64,000 nucleotides of DNA from Bacteroidales bacterium UBA6366 (GTDB taxonomy: Bacteria > Bacteroidota > Bacteroidia > Bacteroidales > UBA932). Each line of letters opens with the position of its first letter. Within the stretch, counting starts at the first letter, position 1. Positions 30,069-41,800 of the stretch are shown piece by piece. The stretch lies in contig DJRG01000042.1 in NCBI GenBank assembly GCA_002438845.1, forward strand, positions 18,899 to 82,898. The letters run 5' to 3'. The translations under genes and the position numbers were made by a program. Under the pieces are notes generated by a model. That model was not told the DNA's origin. It made no database searches and saw only the letters and a program-made list of their open reading frames with translations.

Positions 30069-31100
30069 ATGTCAAGGATAATTACTTTTGGAGAGATTAT
30101 GCTCCGTCTCGCGACACCGGGACATCTCAGATTCTCACAGGCCCACGAATTCGAGGCCACTTTCGGTGGCGGAGAGGCGAATGTCGCTGTCTCGCTGGCC
30201 AATTACGGGCAAGACGCACAGTTTGTGACCGCGCTTCCAGCCAACGACATCGCCAAAGCATGTCTGGCTGAGCTTCGCGGATTGGGTGTCGGTGTGGAGT
30301 TCTGCGTTGAAAGCGGAGACAGAGTCGGGATTTATTACATTGAGAAAGGAGCTGTATCCCGTCCAAGCAAGGTGATCTACGACCGTGCGCACTCCTCGAT
30401 CTCGGAGATCAAGCCCGGAATGATCGATTGGGACAAGGTGTTCGAGAAAGCGGACTGGTTCCACTGGACCGGGATAACTCCAGCGATCAGCCAGAGCTGC
30501 GCAGATGTCTGCCTTGAGGCTATCCAGGCGGCTAACAAGCACGGAGTGAAGGTTTCCTGCGACCTCAACTACAGAAAGAATCTTTGGAGATATGGCAAGA
30601 CCGCTTCTGAGATCATGCCTGCCCTCGTGGCCGGGTGCGATGTCATCATCGGCAACGAGGAGGATGCCGAGAAGGTCTTCGGAATCAAACCGGAAGGGTT
30701 CAACGCCGAGGCCGGAGTGATTGACACAGCCAAGTTCGAGTTTGTCGCAAAGTCGCTTATGGAAAGATTCCCCAAGGCATCCAAAGTAGCGATTACCCTC
30801 CGGGGATCCATCAACGCTGACCACAACACATGGGGAGCGGTTCTGTACGACGGAAAAACACTTTATGTTTCAAGACGTTACGACATCACCGACATTGTTG
30901 ACAGAGTAGGCGGCGGTGATTCGTTCGGCGGAGGACTGATCTACGGTCTTCTCAACTACAATGACGATCAGAAAGCGCTTGACTTCGCTGTGGCCGCCTC
31001 ATGTCTCAAGCACACTATCGAGGGCGACTACAACCGGGTGACCACCAAAGAGGTCGAGACATTGATGAACGGCAACGGCTCCGGCCGTGTCTCACGATAA
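30069..31100 (+). CDS. kdgK: 2-dehydro-3-deoxygluconokinase (PfkB family)
   Basis: [36 protein letters not shown]. Confidence 0.93.
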   Translation: MSRIITFGEIMLRLATPGHLRFSQAHEFEATFGGGEANVAVSLANYGQDAQFVTALPANDIAKACLAELRGLGVGVEFCVESGDRVGIYYIEKGAVSRPSKVIYDRAHSSISEIKPGMIDWDKVFEKADWFHWTGITPAISQSCADVCLEAIQAANKHGVKVSCDLNYRKNLWRYGKTASEIMPALVAGCDVIIGNEEDAEKVFGIKPEGFNAEAGVIDTAKFEFVAKSLMERFPKASKVAITLRGSINADHNTWGAVLYDGKTLYVSRRYDITDIVDRVGGGDSFGGGLIYGLLNYNDDQKALDFAVAASCLKHTIEGDYNRVTTKEVETLMNGNGSGRVSR

Positions 31101-31111
31101 TATTCACGAAT

Positions 31112-31780
31112 ATGGCAAAATACAACAAGATTCAGGTGATCTCAGCGGCCCTCGAGACAGGGCTGGTTCCTGTGTTCTACAACAATGACCTTGAGACTTC
31201 AAAGGCCGTCCTGAAAGCCTGCTACGATGGTGGGATAAGCATGTTCGAGTTCACGAACAGGGGCGATTTCGCACATGAGATCTTCGCCGGTTTGGTGAAA
31301 TACGCCAATGACAATCTTCCGGGAATGATTCTCGGCGCCGGCTCTGTGATTGACGCTCCGACTGCCGCCCTCTATCTTCAGGAAGGAGCGAACTTCATTG
31401 TCGGACCGCTTTTCAACCCGGAAATCGCAGAGCTTTGCAACCGGCGCCTCGTGACATATATTCCAGGATGCGGCTCGGTCACCGAGGTCGGCAACGCCCA
31501 GGCGGCAGGATGTGACATCTGCAAGATATTCCCGGGAGATGTGCTCGGTCCGTCTTTCGTAAAAGGCGTCAAGGCTCCTATGCCATGGACCCAAGTCCTG
31601 GTCACAGGAGGCGTCAAGCCAGAGGAGGAAAACATCCGCTCATGGTTCAAGGCCGGTGCCTCGTGTGTCGGAATGGGCAGCAACCTCTTCCCTAAGGATG
31701 TCGTCAAGGCCCACGACTGGGCCGCCATCACAAAACTCTGCTGCGACTCGCTCGCCATCATCGCCGAGGCGAGGCGATAA
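31112..31780 (+). CDS. eda: KDPG/KHG aldolase
   Basis: VPVFY, EFTNRGD, GAGSV, KIFPG, PMPW, TGGV, GMGS. Confidence 0.94.
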   Translation: MAKYNKIQVISAALETGLVPVFYNNDLETSKAVLKACYDGGISMFEFTNRGDFAHEIFAGLVKYANDNLPGMILGAGSVIDAPTAALYLQEGANFIVGPLFNPEIAELCNRRLVTYIPGCGSVTEVGNAQAAGCDICKIFPGDVLGPSFVKGVKAPMPWTQVLVTGGVKPEEENIRSWFKAGASCVGMGSNLFPKDVVKAHDWAAITKLCCDSLAIIAEARR

Positions 31781-31783
31781 AAG

Positions 31784-32935
31784 ATGATCAAGGTAATATT
31801 ACTGATAGACTGCGCCAGTGAGTTTGACAGAAAGCTTCTGCGCGGCATCATGAAATATTCCAAGGAAAACGGGCCTTGGCTCTTCTACCGCATCCCGTCC
31901 GACTTCCGTGGGGTCAAGGGGCGTGAGGAATGGGTGATGGAATGGGCCAGGAAATGGAACGCCGACGCCGTGATCGGACGTTGCGACGAGGACAAGGTCG
32001 GACTCCTCGGCCAGCTGGACATCCCGATCGTGCTTCAGAACAACAAGACAAGGAGCGACATATATTCCAATCTTACAGGGGATTACATCGGCACCGGAAG
32101 ACTTGCGGCGCAATATTTCCAAAAGAAACTTTTCACCAACTACGCATTCTTCGGAGTGCGTGGCATCATCTGGTCGGAAGAACGTTGCAAAGGCTTCCGG
32201 GATGCAGTGACATCAAGCTGGGGCGGGTTCAGCGTATTCAACGTCGAACCCGGAGAAACTTTTGAAAGGGACAGAATACTCTCTTGGCTCAAGGACCTGC
32301 CGAAACCTGTGGCGCTTTTCTGCTGCGATGACGCACACGCCCTGTACATAACAGAGACTTGCAACATGGCCGGGATCCGCATCCCCGAAGAGATCTCCGT
32401 CCTCGGAGTCGACAACGATGAGCTGCTCTGCGGAATCTCGGATCCTCCGATCTCATCAGTGGAACTTGACGTCGAGCGCGGGGGCTATAACACGTGCGCC
32501 CTCCTTCACAGGCAGATCCTTGGCAGGACAAGGCGGCCTTTCAATGTCGTGATAAATCCCATGGAGATCATTCAGAGGCAATCCAGCAACATCTACAACA
32601 TCAAGGATCCGAATGTCTCGAAGATTGTGGATTACATAGACGCCAACTACAATTCCAACCTGGACGTGAACCGCATTCTCGAGCTTGTCCCCTTGTCGCG
32701 GCGAAGCATTGAGACAAAGTTCAAAAAAGAAATGGGGACAAGCATTTATCAATATATTCTTAAAAACCGCGTGGAGCATTTCGCCCACCTTCTGCTCACC
32801 TCCGACCGTCCGGTGTTCGAGATAGCCGACGAGGTCGGATTCGCCGACAACGGCAACTTCACGCGCGTGTTCCGTAAAATCAAAGGGTGCTCCCCTTTGG
32901 AATACCGTCAGAATAATTGCGGTTTTCGACAATAG
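31784..32935 (+). CDS. XylR-like regulator (LacI-type ligand domain plus AraC HTH)
   Basis: LLRGIMKY, LPKPVALF, LGVDND..PPISSV, C-terminal VGFADNGNFTRVFRK..SPLEYR. Confidence 0.92.
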   Translation: MIKVILLIDCASEFDRKLLRGIMKYSKENGPWLFYRIPSDFRGVKGREEWVMEWARKWNADAVIGRCDEDKVGLLGQLDIPIVLQNNKTRSDIYSNLTGDYIGTGRLAAQYFQKKLFTNYAFFGVRGIIWSEERCKGFRDAVTSSWGGFSVFNVEPGETFERDRILSWLKDLPKPVALFCCDDAHALYITETCNMAGIRIPEEISVLGVDNDELLCGISDPPISSVELDVERGGYNTCALLHRQILGRTRRPFNVVINPMEIIQRQSSNIYNIKDPNVSKIVDYIDANYNSNLDVNRILELVPLSRRSIETKFKKEMGTSIYQYILKNRVEHFAHLLLTSDRPVFEIADEVGFADNGNFTRVFRKIKGCSPLEYRQNNCGFRQ

Positions 32936-32982
32936 ATTTACGTTTTCTCTGCGTTATAAAACAATATTACCGTTTATATTTG
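32917..32982 (+). promoter_or_regulatory. Candidate AraC-type direct-repeat operator plus -7 promoter for the MFS-nagA...susCD operon
   Basis: TTGCGGTTTTC (32917) and TTACGTTTTCT (32938), 21 bp apart; TATATTTG at 32975-32982. Confidence 0.5.
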
Positions 32983-33032
32983 CAGATGATCGCTGTGATA
33001 ATCACAGACTAATGACCATCATCTCTTATATT

Positions 33033-34304
33033 ATGGAAAATAAACGGCAGTATTACATTTCCCTTACGATGCTGGGATGCCTGTTCTTCATCTTCGGGCT
33101 TGTCTCATGGGTGAACTCCATCCTGATTCCCTATTTCAAGATCGCGTGCGAGTTGAAAAGCGGGATCCAGACTTATCTTGTGACCTTCGCTTTCTATATC
33201 GCCTATCTTGTCATGACCGTTCCCGCTTCCTTTCTGCTGCGTAAGACGGGCTACAAGAAAGGGACATTGATCGGCCTATGGATCATGTCATTAGGAGCGC
33301 TGCTTTTCTGGCCGGCCGCCTTGACAAGGACCTATTGCATGTTCCTGCTCGCATTGTTCACCATAGGGACAGCGCTTGCCATCCTCCAATCTGTCGCCAA
33401 CCCTTTTGTGACGATCATCGGCCCTTACGAAAGCGCCGCCAAGAGAATCAGCGTGATGGGAATCTGCAACAAATTCGCCGGCATCATCGCCCCGCTTGTC
33501 TTCGCCGCCCTTGTGATCCGTCCCCAGGACAAGGAGGTCATGGACATGGTAGAGGCCGGATTGCTCGACGGTCCGGCCAAGGAAGCCGCGCTTGACGGCA
33601 TGATCAGAGGTGTCATCGTACCTTATGCGGTGCTCGCTGTTCTCCTTTTCGCATTCGGAATCCTGTTCTTCAAATCACCGGTCCAGGACATCAACCCTGA
33701 CAACGCAAACAGCTCCGGCACCTCCGGCAGCGACAGAAAGTCAATTCTGGAATATCCTTACCTTGTTCTCGGCGTGTTGGCGCTCTTCTGTCATCTGGGC
33801 AGCCAACAAATCTCCGTCAGCACAATCATCGGTTACGCCCAGAGCATCGGAATGGATCTTGAGACCGCGAAGGTGTTCCCGTCCTACACCCTTGGATGCA
33901 TCCTTTTCGGCTACCTTCTCGGAGTGTTCTTCATCCCTAAATACATCAGCCAGCAGAAATCACTAGTCATCTGCACGATCACAGGACTCGCGCTTTCGGT
34001 TTTGGTCCTTGTCCTGCCGCTGAAGGCATCCATCTGGAGCCTCGTGCTTCTTGGAATCCCGAATTCATTGATTTATGCAGGAATATGGCCGCTGGCGATC
34101 AGAGGCCTTGGACGTTGGACAAGTCTGGGGTCATCGCTTCTGGTGATGGCACTCTGCGGAAATGCGGTACTTCCGCTGATCTACGGCTATGTGTCAGATC
34201 ACATGGGACTTCAAGCCTCCTACTGGCTTCTGGCGCCATGCTTTGCATATATGATTTTCTATGCGGTTTACGGTTATAAGATAGAAAGATGGAAACAGCG
34301 TTAA
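33033..34304 (+). CDS. Sugar MFS transporter, FucP/GluP family
   Basis: FFIFGLVSWVN..LIPYF, AFYIAY, LQSVANP, IWPLAI; about 12 TM helices. Confidence 0.92.
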   Translation: MENKRQYYISLTMLGCLFFIFGLVSWVNSILIPYFKIACELKSGIQTYLVTFAFYIAYLVMTVPASFLLRKTGYKKGTLIGLWIMSLGALLFWPAALTRTYCMFLLALFTIGTALAILQSVANPFVTIIGPYESAAKRISVMGICNKFAGIIAPLVFAALVIRPQDKEVMDMVEAGLLDGPAKEAALDGMIRGVIVPYAVLAVLLFAFGILFFKSPVQDINPDNANSSGTSGSDRKSILEYPYLVLGVLALFCHLGSQQISVSTIIGYAQSIGMDLETAKVFPSYTLGCILFGYLLGVFFIPKYISQQKSLVICTITGLALSVLVLVLPLKASIWSLVLLGIPNSLIYAGIWPLAIRGLGRWTSLGSSLLVMALCGNAVLPLIYGYVSDHMGLQASYWLLAPCFAYMIFYAVYGYKIERWKQR

Positions 34305-35452
34305 TCAACGGAAGAATAATAATTTCGGGCAAGATCACCTCAGGCGTTCTTGTCCTTGAGGGCGGTCTGGTGAAAGGGATCGCCGACAGCGTTCCCGCAG
34401 GGGCTGAAATCCTTGACTGCGAAGGGGACTACGTAAGTCCGGGATTCATCGACATGCACACCCACGGAGCCGGAGGAGCCGACTTCATGGACGGAACTGT
34501 GGAGGCATTCCTCACCGCCGCCAGGATGCACGCCATCCACGGCACCACCCTGCTCTGCCCGACAACGCTCACAAGCACCAACGAGATCCTTTTCGAGTCT
34601 TTCGAGACTTATAAAAAGGCCGTGAAAGAGAACAAGGACGGCGCCCGGTTCGGAGGCATGCATCTCGAGGGGCCGTATTTCAGTCCGAAATTCGCCGGAG
34701 CGCAGGATCCGAGGTATTTGAGGAACCCAAAGCCATCGGAATACATGGAAATCCTTGACAGATGCCCGGATCTGGCCAGATGGAGTTTCGCTCCGGAGCT
34801 GGACGGCGCTCCTGAATTCGCCGCCGAGCTCAAAAGAAGAGGGATTGTCGCCTCCATCGGCCACACTGACGCGACATTCGCGGACTGTGACGCAGCCTAC
34901 AAGGCCGGAGCGACAATGATGACCCACTTCTACTCCTGCATGAGCACAATCTCAAGACGCAACGCCTACCGCTACGCCGGCGTCATCGAGTACGGTTACT
35001 GGCAGGATGGAATGAGAATCGAGATCATCGCCGACGGCATCCATGTACCTGCCGACCTGCTTCATCTTCTTCTCAAGATCAAGGGTGCCGGCAACATCTC
35101 ACTCGTCACCGATTCAATGAGAGCGGCAGGGATGCCCGAAGGCAAGAGTATCCTGGGAAGTCTGGCCGACGGCCAGGAGGTCATCGTGGAGGACGGCGTG
35201 GCCAAACTGATGGACCGCAGCGCGTTCGCCGGGAGCGTGGCCACCGCCGACAGGCTCGTGCGCACAATGGTCAACATCGCCGGATGTACAGTGTGCGAAG
35301 CGGTCAGAATGATCACCGAGAATCCCGCCAAGGTGATGGGACTCTACGACAGAAAGGGATCGTTGGACCCGGGAAAAGACGCCGACATCGTCGTGTTCGA
35401 TGACAATATCAACGTTAAGAGAACAATCATAGGTGGAAAAATAATCTATTAA
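34289..35452 (+). CDS. nagA: N-acetylhexosamine(-6-phosphate) deacetylase NagA homologue
   Basis: PGFIDMHTHG, HLEGPY, APE, GHTDA, THFY, DGIH, VTDS, AGS. Confidence 0.9.
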   Translation: METALINGRIIISGKITSGVLVLEGGLVKGIADSVPAGAEILDCEGDYVSPGFIDMHTHGAGGADFMDGTVEAFLTAARMHAIHGTTLLCPTTLTSTNEILFESFETYKKAVKENKDGARFGGMHLEGPYFSPKFAGAQDPRYLRNPKPSEYMEILDRCPDLARWSFAPELDGAPEFAAELKRRGIVASIGHTDATFADCDAAYKAGATMMTHFYSCMSTISRRNAYRYAGVIEYGYWQDGMRIEIIADGIHVPADLLHLLLKIKGAGNISLVTDSMRAAGMPEGKSILGSLADGQEVIVEDGVAKLMDRSAFAGSVATADRLVRTMVNIAGCTVCEAVRMITENPAKVMGLYDRKGSLDPGKDADIVVFDDNINVKRTIIGGKIIY

Positions 35453-35455
35453 ATC

Positions 35456-36223
35456 ATGATACTCAAGACATTCAAGTCAGACAATCTGGTCGTCAAGGTG
35501 TTTGACTCCAGAAAGAACATGGGCAAGGCGGCCGCGGCCGATGTGGCGGCATGCATAAAAGACATTCTCGGCAGGAAAAAGGAGATCTACATGGTCTTCG
35601 CGGCGGCTCCGTCGCAGAACGAGTTCCTCGAAGCCCTGGCCTCGACGGAAGGCATTGAATGGAACCGGATCCACGCCCTTCACATGGATGAATATGTCAA
35701 CCTTCCGGCAGACGCACCTCAGGGGTTCGGCAATTTCCTTCGCCGGGCGATCTTTGACAAGGTGCCGTTCGCAAGTGTTGACTACATCGGCACCGACCGC
35801 GACTCGGAGGCGACCTGCAAAAGATATTCGGAAATACTGAGCGCAGTGACAATCGACATTGTCTGCATGGGGATCGGAGAGAACGGGCACATAGCTTTCA
35901 ACGACCCGCATGTCGCGGATTTCAACGACCCTCTTCTCATAAAGAAAGTGGATCTCGATGAGAAATGCCGGATGCAGCAGGTTCACGACGGATGCTTCAA
36001 GGATCTTTCGGAGGTTCCTGAATATGCCCTGACGCTGACCGTCCCGACAATGTTCAACGCCGACCACCTGTTCTGTGTCGTGCCGGCAGCGACAAAGGCT
36101 GACGCTGTCAAGGCGACAGTGTTCAATCCCGTGTCAGAGAAATGCCCGGCGTCAATCCTGCGCAGGCACAAAAACGCGGTACTCTACACCGACAGAGACA
36201 GCGCCAAGTACATAATGGACTGA
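35456..36223 (+). CDS. Glucosamine-6-phosphate deaminase-like (NagB fold) protein
   Basis: HMDEY, GIGENGHIAFNDP, CPASILRRH; phosphate loop reads AAAPSQ. Confidence 0.85.
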   Translation: MILKTFKSDNLVVKVFDSRKNMGKAAAADVAACIKDILGRKKEIYMVFAAAPSQNEFLEALASTEGIEWNRIHALHMDEYVNLPADAPQGFGNFLRRAIFDKVPFASVDYIGTDRDSEATCKRYSEILSAVTIDIVCMGIGENGHIAFNDPHVADFNDPLLIKKVDLDEKCRMQQVHDGCFKDLSEVPEYALTLTVPTMFNADHLFCVVPAATKADAVKATVFNPVSEKCPASILRRHKNAVLYTDRDSAKYIMD

Positions 36224-37761
36224 TGCTTATGGGCGGGAAAGCAAAATATATCCTGACGCTCCTGGCGCTTCTGACGGCTTGTCACCTGTCTCTGTCCGCG
36301 AACTCGTTTGAAGTCAGGGCGGTTTACCTTGATTTCAGAACACAGGTGATGACAATGCCGGCGATGAAGGCTTTTGTGTCAGACGCCGCCAGTAAGGGCA
36401 TGAACGCCGTTGTGGTCGAATGGGAGGCTACTTTCCCGTTCAACGACAACCTTATACTACGAAACCGCCATGCGTTCACGGAAGCCGAGATAACGGACTT
36501 TATCGGTTACTGCTCAGGTCTTGGAGTCGATGTAATTCCCCTTCAGAACTGTTTCGGACATTCTGAATACATCCTCCGGCACGAGCGGTACGCAGTCCTG
36601 AAAGAAGACAGGAAAGACTGCTCGCAGGTCTGTCCGATGATGGCGGACGAGGCTGAAGGAATATTCCGAAGCATCTTCACCGAAATAGCCAGGGCGCACA
36701 CCTCTGAATATATCCACATCGGATGCGATGAGACAAGGCTGCTCGGGCACTGCCGTAAATGCCGTGATAAAGCGCAGCAGGAGGGTGTGTCGAAACTATA
36801 CGTGGATTATGTCTCCAGAATGTGCGGGATAGTGTCCTCTCTCGGAAAAAGGCCTATGATCTGGGCTGACATAATACTGAAATACCCTGAGGCACTTCAG
36901 TCGCTTCCTGATGATGTGATCATAGTCGACTGGAATTACGGATGGAACCAAGACCACTTCGGAAAGATGGACAATCTAAGGAATTCCGGCCGTGAGATCT
37001 GGGGAGCGTGCTCGTTGCGCTCACATCCGGACAATCTCTATCTCGTGCAGTGGAGGAAACATCTTGAGAACATATTCAGTTACACTTCCTACGCCGCCGA
37101 TTGCGGATTCAAGGGCATAATCAACACGTCATGGTCAACATCGGGGACTTACGGTTATATTTATGATGACAGGAACGAGGTGATAGACCTCCAACCGGTA
37201 AGAGAGGTCTACCCGCAAAGCGGGTTTGACATGCTGATGACGGCATATTCAAACGCCATCTCAGACAGCCCGCTCGCCCCGGATGAGTTCCTTGAGCATT
37301 ACTGCCGCATGCGGCTTGGATTGAAATCCACTGAAGACATATCGGCCGTCAAGGATTATTTCAACATGACCCAGAATCCGGTATATTCCTTTCAGGGGAA
37401 CTCGGCGCACGTCGATAAGGAACTACAGAAATGCGTGGAGATCAGAGAACGTCTGAGGAAAGTCAGGTTTCCCGGCAAGGTCACAGAGACGGCCAGACAC
37501 CTTGAACTGATGCTTGACATCCGTATCAACTACCTAAAGTTCAAGCAGGCAGACTTATTCATGGAATCCGTGGATTTTTCAAGTGAGGACGTGCCAGAGA
37601 CACTCGCCAAGTTAGAGAAGATTGAGAAGGAGTGCGGGAAACTGAGGAATGATTTCGTGAGGCTAAACGGAGATTACCTCAAGGACGCCGGCCAGTCGTT
37701 CAACGAATGGACTTTCCTGGGAAAGATCAGGAACAGGATAGCGGTACTCAGGAACATTTGA
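36223..37761 (+). CDS. GH20 beta-N-acetylhexosaminidase (GcnA/HexD-like)
   Basis: Signal peptide; YLDFR, VEWEATFP, IPLQNCFGH, catalytic HIGCDE, MIWAD, WNYG; ATG overlaps the upstream TGA. Confidence 0.85.
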   Translation: MLMGGKAKYILTLLALLTACHLSLSANSFEVRAVYLDFRTQVMTMPAMKAFVSDAASKGMNAVVVEWEATFPFNDNLILRNRHAFTEAEITDFIGYCSGLGVDVIPLQNCFGHSEYILRHERYAVLKEDRKDCSQVCPMMADEAEGIFRSIFTEIARAHTSEYIHIGCDETRLLGHCRKCRDKAQQEGVSKLYVDYVSRMCGIVSSLGKRPMIWADIILKYPEALQSLPDDVIIVDWNYGWNQDHFGKMDNLRNSGREIWGACSLRSHPDNLYLVQWRKHLENIFSYTSYAADCGFKGIINTSWSTSGTYGYIYDDRNEVIDLQPVREVYPQSGFDMLMTAYSNAISDSPLAPDEFLEHYCRMRLGLKSTEDISAVKDYFNMTQNPVYSFQGNSAHVDKELQKCVEIRERLRKVRFPGKVTETARHLELMLDIRINYLKFKQADLFMESVDFSSEDVPETLAKLEKIEKECGKLRNDFVRLNGDYLKDAGQSFNEWTFLGKIRNRIAVLRNI

Positions 37762-37785
37762 CGATCATTTAATAATAACACTGAA

Positions 37786-38874
37786 ATGAAAGATTTAAGA
37801 TTGCTTGCATTGCTGGCCATCGCCTTTTTCGGACTGTCCTGCACGACAGACAAGACGGATTACGGGCCGACAATCGACGAGATAGATATCATTGAAGTCG
37901 ACCACAGTGATGACGAGCCTAAGATCGACCACGACGAATGCCTCAAAATGGCCGGCGTGACCGACCTTATGGCCAGAAAAGCCGAGGCCTACTCCAAGGC
38001 CACCGGCTCTGGCGGCAAAGAGGGCTTGTTCAATTGCGTGTATGTCTATTCGTCAAGCCTCACAAAATACGCCGACGTACCGAAAAGACTTGCGGCGAGA
38101 ATCGCCCTTATGGGATTCAAAGGAGTCTATCTCAGTCCGGGAGGAAATCGTCTGGCCACAGCTGACAATTGGCTCAGGACATTCATCTCAACCTGCTCGG
38201 ATCTTGGAATCGAAGTCTACGCCACGTACTACGAGGACAACTCTGTCTTTCTTGGAGAGGTCGGAGCGGATGCATGTCTGCAAAAGGTCATCTCGTACAA
38301 CAGAAGCGTGAATCCAGAGGAACGTTTCGGAGGGATCTCGGCGGATCTCGAGCCACACACGATCAAAACCGACATCGGACTTGGCTGGGTCTGGAACACC
38401 GAAAGCGGCAACGGAGCCGGTGGAGCCAACGAGAATCTTCTGAAAACGACTCTCAGCAGGCTCGGGTATGCCAGCAAGAAACTTGCGGTCTCGGGACTGA
38501 AACTTCAAGAGGCAATATGGTGGAAATATCAGGAACTGTACGACGCCGGAAGCATCGCCTACGGTGATGTGAACCAATTCTGCGAAGTCTGCGACTGGGT
38601 CTCGGTCATGGCTTACCGAAACTCTACGGAAAAGATCATGCTGGTCTGCGAGCCGGTCTTCAAGGCTTGCGGGAAAGAGTCGTCCGTCAGCGTCTGCGTA
38701 AAGACCGCGACAAACGGCGAAGTGTCCACAAGCCTTCAGCCCAATGGTTGGAACGCCCTATTGGAGACTATGTCCTCACTGAGGGACAGCGGCTACAAGT
38801 GCCTCAAAGGTCTTGATGTTTTCCAGTACGACGCGCTTGAGACCATGTGGGAATGGAAGAATGACAAGAACTAA
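37786..38874 (+). CDS. Lipoprotein, putative GH18-like TIM-barrel glycosidase
   Basis: Lipobox GLSC; ERFGGISADLEP (DxE) and VSVMAY motifs. Confidence 0.55.
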   Translation: MKDLRLLALLAIAFFGLSCTTDKTDYGPTIDEIDIIEVDHSDDEPKIDHDECLKMAGVTDLMARKAEAYSKATGSGGKEGLFNCVYVYSSSLTKYADVPKRLAARIALMGFKGVYLSPGGNRLATADNWLRTFISTCSDLGIEVYATYYEDNSVFLGEVGADACLQKVISYNRSVNPEERFGGISADLEPHTIKTDIGLGWVWNTESGNGAGGANENLLKTTLSRLGYASKKLAVSGLKLQEAIWWKYQELYDAGSIAYGDVNQFCEVCDWVSVMAYRNSTEKIMLVCEPVFKACGKESSVSVCVKTATNGEVSTSLQPNGWNALLETMSSLRDSGYKCLKGLDVFQYDALETMWEWKNDKN

Positions 38875-38886
38875 TAACTATTTGAT

Positions 38887-41800
38887 ATGAGCAGTTTGGT
38901 AAAATATTTTGCGGCAGTGATTCTGTTTTCGGTGTCACTGTTGGCTTCCGGACAAACCGTCCAGATAAGCGGTGTGGTCCTGGAAGATTCACAATCCGGC
39001 GCCCTGCCGGTCATCGGAGCGGGCGTCAAGGTAAAAGGCACATCCAACGGAGCTGTCACAGATCTTGACGGCAGATTCTCCCTGTCGGCCAAGGAGGGAG
39101 ACGTGCTTGAGGTCAGTTGTCTTGGCTACCGCGGTGTCGCCGTGAATGTCGGCAAGGACAACTACTACAAGATATTCATTGAGCCGGAGTCCATGATGCT
39201 CGATCAGCTGGTCGTGGTTGGTTACGGCTCCATGAAAAAGAGTGACCTTGCGACATCAATCACGTCCGTCAACACGGAGGAAATGAAGATATTCCCGGCC
39301 GCCACCGCAGCCGAGATGCTGCGCGGGCGCGCCGCCGGTGTGACAGTGACAAGCGCGTCAGGACGTCCTGGCTCGACTCCATCAATCAAGATTCGTGGAA
39401 CAAGGTCCATCTCAGCCAGCAACTCCCCTCTCTACATCATCGACGGCAGCGTGGCTTCCGACACGGAGTTCGCCATGATCAACTCGGACGACATCGAGTC
39501 CATCGAAATCCTCAAAGACGCAGCCTCACAGGCGATCTATGGAGCCAGAGCGAGCGACGGAGTCATACTTGTGACCACCAAACGTGGAAAAGCCGGCGAA
39601 AGCACAGTGACCTACAACGGCTACATCGGATTCCAGACACTCCACAAGAACTTTGACTACTACACGGCTGACGAATATCTCGCCCTCAGGCGTGAGGCCG
39701 TGGCAAATGACATGGGAGTGGTTGACGCGACGACCGTTCCGATCGCCACGGCGCTCGCTGACGACATCATGGCTCAAGTCTACAAAAGTGGTGAATACGT
39801 GGACTGGGAAGACCTCATGTTCAAAAAGGCCGCCTTATATCATAGCCATGAGCTCAGTTTCAAGGGAGGCACCGACAAACTCAAGGCCATGGCCAGTATG
39901 GGATATTTCAATCAGGACGGCATCATGAAAGTGAACTCGGGCTACGACAGGATCAGTTCCAGAGTGAACCTTGACTATCAGGTGAAGAAATGGTTGAAAC
40001 TGGGAGCCAACACCTCTTTCGGATTCTCCAACCGCGAGATCGAGAACGGAGCGTTCTACCAGTTCATCACCCGCTCTCCTCTTTCGCGGATTTACGACGA
40101 GAACGGGGAATATATTCCTTACATCAACAGCAACAAGGACACCAACCCGGCCTACAGCGCCCTTCATGACACACATGACGCCAAGGCGAACAGTTACAGA
40201 ATCAATGCGTTCGCGGACGTGACTCCATTCAAGGGATTCACCTACAGATTCAATGTGTCCTACTACAACAGAGTCAACGAGGAAGGGCACTCACGTGACT
40301 CCTACTACCCTAACGGTGGAGGCTCGACCGCGTCTCTTCTCAACACGACCAACACGCAGACCCTTATCGAGAACTCAATCAGGTACGATGTGCCTATCAG
40401 AAACGAGAATCACAAGCTGAACATCACGGCGGTGCAGTCTGTCGACAAGTCACTTCGCAAGACACTGGGATATTCAGTGGCGAATCTGCCTGTCGACAAG
40501 ACCTACAACTACATCGCCAACGGTGAGGTGACAGGACAGCAGAGGGCATATTCAGAGAACAATCTCGTTTCATTCATGGCCAGGGCACAGTACAATCTGA
40601 TGGACAGATATCTGTTCAACCTCGCGGTGCGCCGTGACGGTTCCAGCCGGTTCGGAAAAGACAACAAGTGGGGCACATTCCCGTCGCTCGCTTTCGCCTG
40701 GAGAGCGTCGGAGGAGAAATTCCTTAAGGATGTCCATTGGGTGAACAACCTGAAACTCAGGACAAGCTACGGAATCGTGGGCAACCAGAACGGAATCGAC
40801 AACTACGCCACCCTGGGAGTAGCGAAGCCAATGCCTGGCGAATTCGGAGACACCTACTACATGGGCTATCTTCCAGGCAATGACCTTCCTAACCAGAACC
40901 TCAAATGGGAGCAGTCCGGCACAGCCAACGTAGGACTTGATTTCGGCATCCTTGACAACAGGATTTTCGGAACGGTCGAGTACTATAACACCCGCACGAC
41001 AAACCTGCTCGTTTCCAGAGCCCTTAACGCATCACTCGGCTACAACTCCATGCTTGACAATCTGGGAGAAACCAGAACCAACGGAATCGATTTCAACGCA
41101 ACATTCGACATAATCAGAAGCGAGGATCTCGACTGGAGCGTCTCCACCAACATCAGCAAGTTCAGCGGAAAGATCGTAAAGATCGACGACACGGTGGACG
41201 AGAACGGCAACTATGTCAGCCAGCCAGGCAACAACTGGATCATCGGGGCCCCTGTCAACATCTACTACGACTACAAGGCCGACGGAGTCTACCAGTACGA
41301 CGACTTTGACGTGTTCAGCGACAAAGGCTCCCTGACATACAAACTCAAGCCGACATTTGACTCCGACGGCGACGGCGTCGCCGACTCTCCACTCTCCCGC
41401 AACGACAATGTGGAGCCGGGAAGCGTGAAACTGCGTGACGTGAACGGCGACGGCAAGATCAACGAGGATGACAGGGTTGTCTACAAGAGAGATCCGGACG
41501 CCACATTCTCACTCTCGACTAATCTAAGATGGAAAGGTTTCGACTTCTTCATGGACTGGTATGCGGTCCTCGGGGGATATGTGCTGAATCCGCTCATGTA
41601 TGACGGTGAATACGGCGGCGATCTCAGGGGACGCTCCAACGGAATGAAGGTGGACTACTGGACACCGTACAACCCGTCCAACACCGCTCCAAGGCCTAAA
41701 TACGGGTCAGAAGTGCCTTATATGAGGACACTTGCCTATCAGGATGCATCATACTTGAGATTGAGGACCATCCAGCTCGGCTACACCCTTCCGAAAAAGG

